From Burkholderiales bacterium (GTDB taxonomy: Bacteria > Pseudomonadota > Gammaproteobacteria > Burkholderiales > JAHFRG01), in the NCBI GenBank assembly GCA_035518095.1, contig DATIXX010000005.1, forward strand, positions 128,421 to 192,420: a stretch of DNA of 64,000 nucleotides. Direction: 5' to 3'. Position numbers and translations under genes: made by a program. Positions 1 to 9,314 of the stretch are shown one piece after another. The notes below the pieces were generated by a model that worked only from the letters and a program-made list of their open reading frames with translations, did not search any database and was not told the DNA's origin. Numbering within the stretch: the first letter of the stretch is position 1; each line of letters opens with the position of its first letter.

Positions 1-865
1 GGACAAGTTACCGCGCATGGTGAACGCCGGGACAGGACGTGTGCACACCAATTACGCCCAGGCGATCGCGGTGACCGGCAGACTCGCCAGCAATGATCCG
101 AATTTGCAAAACATACCGGTGCGCACCCAGGAAGGACGCAGGATCCGCGAGGCATTTATAGCAGCCCCCGGTCGTCAGATCGTCTCGGCAGATTATTCGC
201 AGATTGAACTTCGCATCATGGCGCATATTTCACGCGATGCGAGCTTGCTTAAAGCCTTCGCCGAAGGCGAAGACATCCACCGTGCTACGGCAGCCGAGAT
301 ATTCGGCATTGCGCCAAATGAAGTCGGGGCTGAACAGCGGCGTTATGCCAAGGTGATCAACTTCGGCCTGATTTACGGCATGTCGGCTTTTGGCTTGGCG
401 AGCCAGCTGGGCATTGATCGGGGCGCGGCGCAGCTTTACATGGAACGCTATTTCGCCCGTTACCCGAAGGTTGCGGATTACATGCAACGCACCCGCGAAC
501 TTGCCAAACAACAAGGTTTCGTTGAAACTGTGCTTGGCAGAAGACTTTGGCTTCCCGACATTAATAGTTCCAACAATGCGCGTCGGCAGGGCGCCGAGCG
601 CGCTGCAATCAACGCACCGATGCAGGGTACCGCCGCAGATCTTATCAAACTCGCCATGATCGCGGTCCACGAGTGGCTTAAGCACAAAAATCTCAAGGCC
701 AGGCTGATCATGCAAGTGCACGATGAACTGGTACTCGAGGTACCTGATGATGAACTCGGGTTGCTGAGGATTGAGTTGCCCAATCTCATGTGCAGCGTTG
801 CGAAATTGGAAGTGCCGTTGGTGGTACACGTCGGGACAGGACCGAACTGGGAGAAGGCGCATTGA
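1..865 (+). CDS. polA: DNA polymerase I, C-terminal polymerase domain (5'-truncated by window edge)
   Basis: The frame is open from the window start. The translation carries family A polymerase motifs: [34 protein letters not shown]. Confidence 0.95.
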   Translation, partial: DKLPRMVNAGTGRVHTNYAQAIAVTGRLASNDPNLQNIPVRTQEGRRIREAFIAAPGRQIVSADYSQIELRIMAHISRDASLLKAFAEGEDIHRATAAEIFGIAPNEVGAEQRRYAKVINFGLIYGMSAFGLASQLGIDRGAAQLYMERYFARYPKVADYMQRTRELAKQQGFVETVLGRRLWLPDINSSNNARRQGAERAAINAPMQGTAADLIKLAMIAVHEWLKHKNLKARLIMQVHDELVLEVPDDELGLLRIELPNLMCSVAKLEVPLVVHVGTGPNWEKAH

Positions 866-947
866 AGCCCAGGTGACAACGTCGGCAAAAAAGCTCAGAC
901 TCATAGTCGCACAAGTCAGGCTGGTTAACCTGCCCAACCGTTGAACC

Positions 948-1466
948 GTGGAAAAGCTCAAACACAAACGTTTTTTGATATTACTCGCGCTGGCTGCAGT
1001 GCTGATTCTGCTGTTTGCACAAGGTCTGTCGCACGGGTCCCCTGCGCCCCGGGTAACATTTACATCGCTCCAAGGCAAAAAAATCGCGCTCGAGAGCCTG
1101 CACGGCAAGGTGGTGCTGGTAAATTTCTGGGCTACCGACTGCAGCGTGTGCATGCATGAGATGCCGCAGTTGATCAATACCTACCGCAAGTACAAGGCGC
1201 AGGGGTTCGAAACCGTCGCTGTTGCGATGAGCTACGACCCGCCCAACTATGTGCTTGACTACGCCGAAAAGAATTCGTTGCCCTTCAATGTTGCGCTGGA
1301 TGTGCAGGGAACCATTGCGCGGGCATTCGGCGATGTGACGCTCACTCCAACTGTCTTTATCATCGACAAGCGCGGCAACATCGTCAAACGCATCGTCGGC
1401 GAGCCGGATTTCGCCCAGCTGGACCGGTTAATCGAGGACAAGCTTGCGGCGCGAGTGGGCGCTTAA
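948..1466 (+). CDS. TlpA/redoxin-family thiol:disulfide oxidoreductase, membrane-anchored or secreted
   Basis: GTG start. Hydrophobic N-terminus LILLALAAVLILLF. Thioredoxin-fold CxxC motif WATDCSVC. Confidence 0.8.
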   Translation: MEKLKHKRFLILLALAAVLILLFAQGLSHGSPAPRVTFTSLQGKKIALESLHGKVVLVNFWATDCSVCMHEMPQLINTYRKYKAQGFETVAVAMSYDPPNYVLDYAEKNSLPFNVALDVQGTIARAFGDVTLTPTVFIIDKRGNIVKRIVGEPDFAQLDRLIEDKLAARVGA

Positions 1467-1494
1467 CAAAAATTCTTCAATCTGCGAAGTTCGG

Positions 1495-2448
1495 CTAAAG
1501 TACGTTCGCTAGGCCCGCGTCATGGGCTTGCTGATCGGCATGGTAGCTGGAGCGCACCAACGGGGCGCACGCGGCGTGCGTGAAGCCCATTTCCAGCGCG
1601 CAACTTTCGAACATCTTGAAAAGCTCCGGGTCCGCGTAGCGCATGACCGGAAGATGGTGGCTGCTCGGCTGCAGGTACTGGCCAAGCGTGAGCATTTCTA
1701 CACCATGATTACGCAAATTGCGCATGACCTCCATGATTTCGTCGTCGGATTCACCCAATCCCAGCATCAAACCCGATTTGGTTGGAATGCCTGGAAAACG
1801 TGATTTAAAGTCGCTGAGCAGTTTAAGCGAATTCCAGTAGTCGGCGCCCGGCCGCACATGCTTGTAAAGCCGCGGCACGGTTTCCAGGTTGTGATTCAAT
1901 ACATCCGGCGGGCAAGTGCCTAATATATCCAGAGCTATAGTCAGTCTCCCGCGGAAATCGGGCACCAAGGCTTCAATGCGGGTCTGCGGCGATAATTCGC
2001 GCACACTGCGGATGCAATTTGCAAAATGGCGCGCGCCGCCGTCGCGCAAATCGTCCCGGTCCACGCTGGTGATTACTACGTAGCGCAGATTTAATGCAGC
2101 CACGGTTGTGGCGAGATTGATCGGTTCTTCAGAATCGGGAGCCAGCGGCTTACCGTGCGCCACATCGCAGAACGGACAGCGTCGTGTGCACAGATCCCCG
2201 AGAATCATGAACGTCGCAGTGCCTTTTCCGAAACATTCGCCGATATTGGGGCAGGAAGCTTCCTCGCAGACCGTGTGGAGATTGTGTTCGCGCAGCGTTC
2301 GCTTGATGTCGTAAAATCGGGCGCTGCTCGCAGACCTTACGCGAATCCATGCTGGCTTTTTAAGCCTCTCCTGCGGCACAATCTTGATTGGCATGCGCGC
2401 AAATTTAGCCGCTCCTTTCTGTTTGAAACCTGCGGATTCGGAGTTCAT
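1495..2448 (-). CDS. lipA: lipoyl synthase (radical SAM)
   Basis: Cys clusters [12 protein letters not shown] and [10 protein letters not shown]. The track ORF (to 2499) is trimmed to the Met at 2448, which forms an ATGA overlap with the lipB stop. Confidence 0.95.
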   Translation of the reverse strand: MNSESAGFKQKGAAKFARMPIKIVPQERLKKPAWIRVRSASSARFYDIKRTLREHNLHTVCEEASCPNIGECFGKGTATFMILGDLCTRRCPFCDVAHGKPLAPDSEEPINLATTVAALNLRYVVITSVDRDDLRDGGARHFANCIRSVRELSPQTRIEALVPDFRGRLTIALDILGTCPPDVLNHNLETVPRLYKHVRPGADYWNSLKLLSDFKSRFPGIPTKSGLMLGLGESDDEIMEVMRNLRNHGVEMLTLGQYLQPSSHHLPVMRYADPELFKMFESCALEMGFTHAACAPLVRSSYHADQQAHDAGLANVL

Positions 2449-3056
2449 ATTTTGCGCAAGCGGTAAGTGAGCATTTCGGACAGCCTCTTGGTTATGCAAT
2501 CCAGCGAATCGTCAATCCCCAGGTCGCGCAGCTGAGTCACCCGCAATCCCGGATAGCCGCAGGGCTTGATCGTGCGAAACGGCCGCAAATCCATGTCGAC
2601 GTTGAGCGCAAGACCGTGGTAGCAACAGCCTTTTCTTACACGCAATCCCAACGCGGCGACTTTTGCGCCGTTAACGTATACACCCGGAGCCCCGATTCGG
2701 GTTTCCGCATTTATTTGGTAAGCTTCAAGCAAATCGATCACCGATTCTTCCAAGCGCTTCACCAGCCCGCGCACGCCGATCCTCAAGCGCAGCAAATCGA
2801 GCAACACATAGGCGATGATCTGCCCGGGCCCGTGGTATGTGATCTGACCGCCGCGGTCGGTTTTAACTATGGGTACGGTGCCGTCTTGAGGTAGATTTTC
2901 CGGTTTTACGTTCAGTCCCAAGGTGTAAACCGGCAGGTGCTGCAGAAGCCAGACCTCGTCTTCGCTTTCGGCATTGCGCCGCTGAGTGAACACCTGCATC
3001 GCTCGCCAGATGTCGACGTAATCCGTAAGGCCCATATGCCTGACGCGCAATGACAT
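2445..3056 (-). CDS. lipB: octanoyl-ACP:protein octanoyltransferase
   Basis: LipB-like N-terminus ([25 protein letters not shown]) and [14 protein letters not shown] motif, upstream of lipA. The start is ambiguous between 3056 and 3125. Confidence 0.9.
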   Translation of the reverse strand: MSLRVRHMGLTDYVDIWRAMQVFTQRRNAESEDEVWLLQHLPVYTLGLNVKPENLPQDGTVPIVKTDRGGQITYHGPGQIIAYVLLDLLRLRIGVRGLVKRLEESVIDLLEAYQINAETRIGAPGVYVNGAKVAALGLRVRKGCCYHGLALNVDMDLRPFRTIKPCGYPGLRVTQLRDLGIDDSLDCITKRLSEMLTYRLRKI

Positions 3057-3139
3057 GCAAGACGCCGCACGCGACCATTTCGCCGCACCGTACGCTGCTT
3101 CGTATTTATAGGCCTCAAGTCCCACGCCTTAAGCCTCGC

Positions 3140-3406
3140 TCAAAGAACCATCACCACCATCGGGTGATCACACAGCTCTCGGTAGAGCTCATCCAGTTGG
3201 TCTTGCGAATTGGCCTGAATAATGCAGGTGAGACTCAGATATTTGCCTTTTTTACTTGTTTTCATTTCCATGCTAGCAGGATCGAAGTCGGGAGCATGAC
3301 GCATGACGATTTGCAGGATTGCCTGGGCAAATCCCGCTTCGCTCTTGCCCATGATCTTGATAGGGAAAGCACATGGGTATTCTACTGATGAAATCTCAAT
3401 GCCCAT
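3140..3406 (-). CDS. ybeD: YbeD/DUF493 family small protein
   Basis: 88 aa with the YPCAFPIKIMGK motif. It sits in the conserved position between dac and lipB, as in E. coli dacA-ybeD-lipB. Confidence 0.85.
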   Translation of the reverse strand: MGIEISSVEYPCAFPIKIMGKSEAGFAQAILQIVMRHAPDFDPASMEMKTSKKGKYLSLTCIIQANSQDQLDELYRELCDHPMVVMVL

Positions 3407-3420
3407 TTACTCTCGCGGAT

Positions 3421-4290
3421 TTATATGGGTTGCGCCTCGCTTTGCCGGATGACCGCCGCTTTATAAGCTTGATATAAGTCATACATGCGCCAGAACAGCT
3501 TCCCCGGTTTACCGTCACCAACCGGTCGCTTGTCCAGAGTCGTGATGGCCAACACTTCCTTTCCGGACGAGGTCATCCAGAGTTCTTGCGCCGTGCGAAC
3601 TTCGGTTTCCGAAACTGCTCTCACCTCGTGGGGAATGGCATGGGCCCGCGCAAGTTCCAAGACTACATCATAGGTTATTCCAGGAAGGATTAAATTGCTT
3701 TTCGGCGGGGCGAGCAGCACGCCGTTTTTGACCACGAAAATATTGCTTGCGGCACCTTCGGTTAGAAAACCGTCGCGGAGCAGGACGGTCTCTGCGGCAC
3801 CGCGGTCCACCGCCAACTGCCGCAGCAGTACGTTGGGCAATAACGAAATGGCCTTGATGTCGCACCGCAGCCACCGGTTATCCTGAGCAGAAATGGCGAC
3901 TACCCCCGTTCTCAAGATTTCCGGAGAAGTGGCTTGCAGCGGCATGCTCATCATGAATACGGTGGGCTGCGCCTGTTTTGGGAAGGCGTGGTCGCGTTTC
4001 GCGGCTCCACGCGTTATATGCAAATAAATATGCTGATCTTCGCCCTCGTTCTGCGTAACAAGTTGCGCGAATAATCCCGCCCATTGAACATCCGGGTAGG
4101 GATTTTTGAGGAAGATGTTGTCCAGATTCGACTGCAAACGCCGGAGGTGCTCCTTGAGCCGGAATGGCTTTCTCGAGTAGCAGGGAATGACTTCATATAC
4201 CCCGTCGCCAAAAATGAATCCGCGGTCGAGCACCGGGATACGTGCTTCGTCGAGAGGCATGAATCTGCCGTTTAAGTAAACCGTGTTCAA
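3421..4290 (-). CDS. dat: class IV aminotransferase, probably D-amino-acid aminotransferase
   Basis: DRGFIFGDGVYEV motif. The start is inferred as TTG at 4290 (MNTVYLNGRF). The longer track ORF (to 4371) would overlap the upstream dac gene. Confidence 0.8.
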   Translation of the reverse strand: MNTVYLNGRFMPLDEARIPVLDRGFIFGDGVYEVIPCYSRKPFRLKEHLRRLQSNLDNIFLKNPYPDVQWAGLFAQLVTQNEGEDQHIYLHITRGAAKRDHAFPKQAQPTVFMMSMPLQATSPEILRTGVVAISAQDNRWLRCDIKAISLLPNVLLRQLAVDRGAAETVLLRDGFLTEGAASNIFVVKNGVLLAPPKSNLILPGITYDVVLELARAHAIPHEVRAVSETEVRTAQELWMTSSGKEVLAITTLDKRPVGDGKPGKLFWRMYDLYQAYKAAVIRQSEAQPI

Positions 4291-4303
4291 CTGAAAAGCC
4301 GCT

Positions 4304-5440
4304 TTAGTTAAACAACAGCCGCAAGCTGTCCCACCCTCGAACCAGGATATTGGCAGGTTCCACGTTATCAAGTGCGACCAACGGATGTTGTGTTACGGGT
4401 TTGCCGTCTATCGTTAGTTTCACGACCCCGATCGTCTGTCCCGTGCTGATTGGCGCAATCAGCGGTTGCCGGCTTTCCATGGTCGCTTTCAAACTTTGCG
4501 ATTGGCCTTTGGGCAGGCTTAAATAAACATCCTCCGGGAATCCAGCTTCGACCGTATTCTCAGCGCCCTTCCATACGGTGAAAGTGGTCACGGGTTGACC
4601 TTTTGTATAAAGGTGCAGCGTGTCGTAGAACTGGAACCCGTAATTAAGAAGCTTCTGGCTTTCCGTGGCCCGTAGATTGTCGGATGCAGTATCCAAGACC
4701 ACCGCAATGAGGCGTCGTGATCCTCTTTTGGCGGTGGAGATAAGGCAATAACCCGCATTTTCTGTATAACCGGTTTTCAGTCCGTCCACATAGGGATCGG
4801 TCCAAAGAAGACGATTACGGTTGAATTGTTCGATATTGTTGTATTTATATTCCTTGATTGAATATAGCGAATAGTATTCTGGAAAATCGCGTATGACCGC
4901 CGCGGCCAGCAAAGATAGGTCATACGCGGTGGAATAATGCTGCGGATCGGGCAAGCCGGTGGAATTCATGAAGTGCGTGTTTTTCATTCCAAGACGCTGC
5001 GCCTCACTGTTCATCATTTGCGTAAATGCTTCTTCGCTTCCCGCAATACCTTCCGCAAGCGCTATACAGGCATCGTTGCCTGATTCCACGACCATACCGC
5101 GTATCAAATCTTCCACTTTTACCGGTTTGCCCGGTTCGATGAACATGCGCGAGCCTTCGGCGTGCCAGGCGTGGGTTGAAACCGCGAATTGCTGCTCGAG
5201 CGTGATTTGTTTCTGCTTGAGTGCCGCAAACGTCAGATAAGCCGTCATAAGCTTTGTAAGCGATGCCGGCTCGATCCTTGTGTTTATGTTCTGCCCGACC
5301 AATATTTGTTTGCTGTAATAATCAGTCAGCAGGTACGATTTTGCCGCAATTGAGGGCGGTTGCGGGACAGGCAATTGCTGGGCGAAAAGCGGGGATGGAA
5401 ACAGAAGAAAAAGCAGTAACAGAGGTTTTGCCGTTCGCAT
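4304..5440 (-). CDS. dacA: D-alanyl-D-alanine carboxypeptidase (PBP5/6 class)
   Basis: Signal peptide MRTAKPLLLLFLLFPSPLFAQ. Motifs SxxK (SLTK), SxN (SGN) and KTG (KTGYT). The start is trimmed from 5500 to the Met at 5440. Confidence 0.9.
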   Translation of the reverse strand: MRTAKPLLLLFLLFPSPLFAQQLPVPQPPSIAAKSYLLTDYYSKQILVGQNINTRIEPASLTKLMTAYLTFAALKQKQITLEQQFAVSTHAWHAEGSRMFIEPGKPVKVEDLIRGMVVESGNDACIALAEGIAGSEEAFTQMMNSEAQRLGMKNTHFMNSTGLPDPQHYSTAYDLSLLAAAVIRDFPEYYSLYSIKEYKYNNIEQFNRNRLLWTDPYVDGLKTGYTENAGYCLISTAKRGSRRLIAVVLDTASDNLRATESQKLLNYGFQFYDTLHLYTKGQPVTTFTVWKGAENTVEAGFPEDVYLSLPKGQSQSLKATMESRQPLIAPISTGQTIGVVKLTIDGKPVTQHPLVALDNVEPANILVRGWDSLRLLFN

Positions 5441-5571
5441 CAGCGAAATTATACTATACGCGTCCTTTGCTGAGAAACAACCGAGCCATGCCAACAGCAA
5501 TCACAGCAGCCGGGCCGGCACTGATGTCTTGATTTAACTTCACCGCTATTCGCGGCGAAGTCTGCAAAACT

Positions 5572-5742
5572 TCAACCCGGGAAATGGCGGCACGCGCGCC
5601 GAATAAACGCCATTTGTTGACGAAAGCGTCTGCAGCCGTCGCAAAGTAAGAGGTGCACTCTCAATCCCGCCCACTCTAGCAAATTCAGGCGGCGATCCAG
5701 GGATTGCGAAACCAGCATTGAAACTTCCTTACAGGTGAGCAT
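5572..5742 (-). CDS. small zinc-binding anti-sigma factor (zf-HC2 / ZAS), 56 aa
   Basis: Found by hand because it is below the 60-aa track cutoff. Translation: MLTCKEVSMLVSQSLDRRLNLLEWAGLRVHLLLCDGCRRFRQQMAFIRRACRHFPG. It has C4 plus H30-x3-C34-x2-C37. Its ATG overlaps the ECF sigma stop (TAATG). Confidence 0.6.
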   Translation of the reverse strand: MLTCKEVSMLVSQSLDRRLNLLEWAGLRVHLLLCDGCRRFRQQMAFIRRACRHFPG

Positions 5743-6341
5743 TACGTTCCCTCGAATTTACCGCCGAACCAATTATGCTCCAAGCATAATTTCAAGCTCA
5801 TGCGCGCGCGGTACAGCATAACCCAACAGTTGGTCGCAGTAATCTGCATGCCCTTACATATTTCCTCGGTACTTAATCCGAGGAACTCGCGCATCATAAA
5901 TACCCGCGCGGTATGGGCCGGCATCAATTTCGTGCAAATCTCAAATATTTCCCAGAATCTTTTGTTCTCCAGATTTTTGAGTGGGTCGGCCCAAGCTTGC
6001 GGCCACGTCTGCCAATGGCCGTCGGGCTGGAAAAGCGTATCGAAGTCACCTGCCCCGCTATCCAACTCGGCTTCAAGGCTGACTTGTCCTGCCTCTTTCG
6101 CCTGTTTGCGGTACAGATCGAGAATTTTATGTTTGAGGATGCCTGTCAGCCATGTTTTTGCCGACGATTTGCCAGAGAATGTGGCCCGGTTTTCCAGCGC
6201 CGCGAGCAGTGTTTCCTGCACCGCGTCTTCTGCCGATGGGTTATCGCGTAATTGCAGCAGCGCATAACGCAGCAGATAAGGGCGGTATTCTTCAAGCAGC
6301 GCGAGCGAAAGCGCGCCCGATGTAGTCTCGTTTTTCGCCAC
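5742..6341 (-). CDS. ECF-type RNA polymerase sigma-70 family factor
   Basis: Sigma region 2 (AEDAVQETLLAAL, WLTGILKHKILDLYR) and region 4 HTH (LSTEEICKGMQITATNCWVMLYRAR). Confidence 0.9.
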   Translation of the reverse strand: MAKNETTSGALSLALLEEYRPYLLRYALLQLRDNPSAEDAVQETLLAALENRATFSGKSSAKTWLTGILKHKILDLYRKQAKEAGQVSLEAELDSGAGDFDTLFQPDGHWQTWPQAWADPLKNLENKRFWEIFEICTKLMPAHTARVFMMREFLGLSTEEICKGMQITATNCWVMLYRARMSLKLCLEHNWFGGKFEGT

Positions 6342-6414
6342 GAGGAAAAGCGGCTCAGTTAAAAAGTTAAGTAAATTTAGACGCTTCCGGTCGCAAATAC
6401 AAGGGGACGGGGCT

Positions 6415-6443
6415 CTTGAAAAGCACAGATGGAGACCTATATT
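6415..6443 (+). promoter_or_regulatory. putative sigma-32 (heat-shock) promoter of hsp20
   Basis: CTTGAAA (6415-6421), a 14-nt spacer, then CCTATATT (6436-6443). This resembles the CTTGAAA-N13-15-CCCCATNT consensus and lies about 60 nt upstream of the hsp20 ATG. Confidence 0.4.
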
Positions 6444-6504
6444 AAAGCAAACGGCGCTTAACAGGCGCCGATTTGATTATCAACCAATATGGAGGTGGCA
6501 ATTT

Positions 6505-6927
6505 ATGGCAAACATCACGCGTTATGACCCGTTTGACGACGTGTTTGGCGATCTTTTGAAGGGTTTCTTCGTGCGGCCCGTGAGTTTTGAAGGTCAGTCG
6601 CAACCGGCGCTCAAGGTCGATGTGACTGAAGATGACAAGGCGTACAAGGTGAAGGCCGAACTCCCAGGTGTGAAGAAAGAGGACATTAACGTGTCAATCG
6701 ATGGCAATCGAATCGCCATCAATGCTGAAGTGAGGAAGGAGCACGAGGAAAAGGACGGCCAGCGAGTGCTACGCAGCGAACGGTACTTTGGGAAATTCTC
6801 GCGCAGCTTTCAGCTTAATCAGGACGTAGATGAAAGCAAGGCTGAGGCCAAGTATACTGACGGCGTATTGCAACTGGTACTGCCGAAGAAAGCCGCGGTT
6901 TCCGCAAAAAGGCTCACCATTAGCTAA
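6505..6927 (+). CDS. ibpA: Hsp20/alpha-crystallin family small heat-shock protein
   Basis: 140 aa with an alpha-crystallin domain (KVKAELPGVKKEDINVSIDGNRIAI, GVLQLVLPK). Good SD (GGAGGTGG). Confidence 0.9.
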   Translation: MANITRYDPFDDVFGDLLKGFFVRPVSFEGQSQPALKVDVTEDDKAYKVKAELPGVKKEDINVSIDGNRIAINAEVRKEHEEKDGQRVLRSERYFGKFSRSFQLNQDVDESKAEAKYTDGVLQLVLPKKAAVSAKRLTIS

Positions 6928-6942
6928 CACGGATGTGCGTTG

Positions 6943-6975
6943 AAAAAAAGGCGGCCCAGTGCCGCCTTTTTTTTG
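6943..6975 (+). terminator. rho-independent terminator after hsp20
   Basis: GGCGGC-ccagt-GCCGCC hairpin, preceded by an A-run and followed by T8. Confidence 0.7.
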
Positions 6976-6994
6976 CCTGCAAAGTGTAGAATAA

Positions 6995-7915
<921 letters not shown>

Positions 7916-7944
7916 GCGCCGTAACTTTAGCGTGATATTGAGCT

Positions 7945-8523
7945 ATGCCGGCCCGGCACGGTGAACGCAAATTACAGATTTTGCAGACGCTCGCGGAAAT
8001 GCTGCAAAATCCGCGCGGGGAAAAAATAACCACGGCCGCTCTGGCCGGGAAGCTCGATGTTTCCGAAGCCGCTTTGTACCGCCATTTCGCCAGCAAGGCC
8101 CAGATGTTCGAGGGACTTATTGAATTCATCGAGGAATCGATCTTTGGCCTGATCAATAAAATCACCAGTGACGAAAAAAGCGGAGTGAAGCAACTGGAGG
8201 CGATGCTTTCCATGCTCCTGAGCTTTGCGAAGAGGAACCCGGGCATGACGCGGGTGCTGATTGGCGATGCGCTGGTGAACGAGGACGCTCGACTGCAGTT
8301 GCGCATCAATCAACTGCACGACCGCCTGGAAGCATCGATCAGACAGGCGCTGCGCTTCGCTTCTAACCAGAATGAGTTACCCGCCGACACGGATGCCGCG
8401 GCGCAGGCGAATCTGCTTATGTGCTATGTGACGGGACGCTGGCACCAGTATGCAAAAAGCGGGTTCAAGCGCGAACCGATGGAGCATTGGGCCGGCCAAT
8501 GGCGGGAATTGATCAGAAGTTAA
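7945..8523 (+). CDS. slmA: nucleoid occlusion factor SlmA (TetR family)
   Basis: It reads colinear with E. coli SlmA as I recall it (ITTAALAGKLDVSEAALYRHFASKAQMFEGLIEFIEES, RNPGMTRVL). Confidence 0.88.
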   Translation: MPARHGERKLQILQTLAEMLQNPRGEKITTAALAGKLDVSEAALYRHFASKAQMFEGLIEFIEESIFGLINKITSDEKSGVKQLEAMLSMLLSFAKRNPGMTRVLIGDALVNEDARLQLRINQLHDRLEASIRQALRFASNQNELPADTDAAAQANLLMCYVTGRWHQYAKSGFKREPMEHWAGQWRELIRS

Positions 8524-9287
8524 GCGATTTCCGCTTGCGTTCTTTCACTGCAAACGGAGCATTTCGGGTCTTTGGAGAGTTTGATAGCGCGCCATTCCAT
8601 CAACAGCGCGTCAAGCACGAGTAAGCGGCCATTGAGTGTTTCCCCCGCGCCGGTCAATAGCTTGAGCGCTTCTGCCGCCTGGATTGTTCCAATGATGCCG
8701 GTTAACGGTGCGAATACACCCATTACCGCGCAGCGCGTTTCCTCGGGTTCGCCATTTTCGGGAAACAGGCAGTGGTAGCAAGGGCTCGCACTGTCACGTA
8801 AATCGAATACCGCGACTTGGCCGTCGAAGCGCACGCCGGCCCCGGAAACCAAGGGCTTGCGGTGCCAAACACAAGCACGGTTAACGGCGTGCCTTGTTGC
8901 AAAATTGTCGCTCGCATCGAGTACCACGTCGGCAGTTTTTACTAGATCCATCACATCGTCGCTGGAAACGCGTTTTGGAACCTCGATTACGGTCACTTCA
9001 GGGTTAATTAGCGCCATGGTTTTGTGCGCGGATTGGGTTTTCAATGTCCCCACGGCAGAGCTGTAATGCACGATTTGCCGTTGTAGGTTGGTGAGGTCTA
9101 CGGTTTCACCGTCGCAGACGGTGATTTTACCCAAGCCGCTTGCGGCAAGGTAAAGCGCAATTGGCGAGCCAAGACCCCCCGCGCCGATAAGCAGGGCGTG
9201 TGAATTGAGGAGTTTTTCCTGTCCTTCAATACCGATCTGCGGCAAAAGGATGTGCCGGCTGTAGCGAATTAGCTGATTGTCGTCCAC
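8520..9287 (-). CDS. moeB: ThiF/MoeB/HesA-family adenylyltransferase (probably molybdopterin-synthase adenylyltransferase)
   Basis: RYSRHILLPQIG, the GAGGLGSP nucleotide loop, and CxxC pairs CYHC and CSVC. Confidence 0.8.
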   Translation of the reverse strand: MDDNQLIRYSRHILLPQIGIEGQEKLLNSHALLIGAGGLGSPIALYLAASGLGKITVCDGETVDLTNLQRQIVHYSSAVGTLKTQSAHKTMALINPEVTVIEVPKRVSSDDVMDLVKTADVVLDASDNFATRHAVNRACVWHRKPLVSGAGVRFDGQVAVFDLRDSASPCYHCLFPENGEPEETRCAVMGVFAPLTGIIGTIQAAEALKLLTGAGETLNGRLLVLDALLMEWRAIKLSKDPKCSVCSERTQAEIA

Positions 9288-9314
9288 GGAAAAACGCCGG
9301 CCACCCGTGCAGGC

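Noticed and set aside
230-1177. 315-aa ORF antisense to polA. Similar long antisense ORFs lie at 23309-24103 (coxB), 35306-36049 (M16), 41561-42400 (gldG-like), 47436-48023 (prs), 48333-49100 (rplY), 50098-50799 (ychF) and 54038-54877 (yebC).
   Set aside because: Each lies fully opposite a gene with unmistakable family motifs. Their translations are Arg/Ser/Ala/Cys-rich and low complexity, with no recognisable domains. They are typical shadow ORFs of GC3-biased coding sequence.
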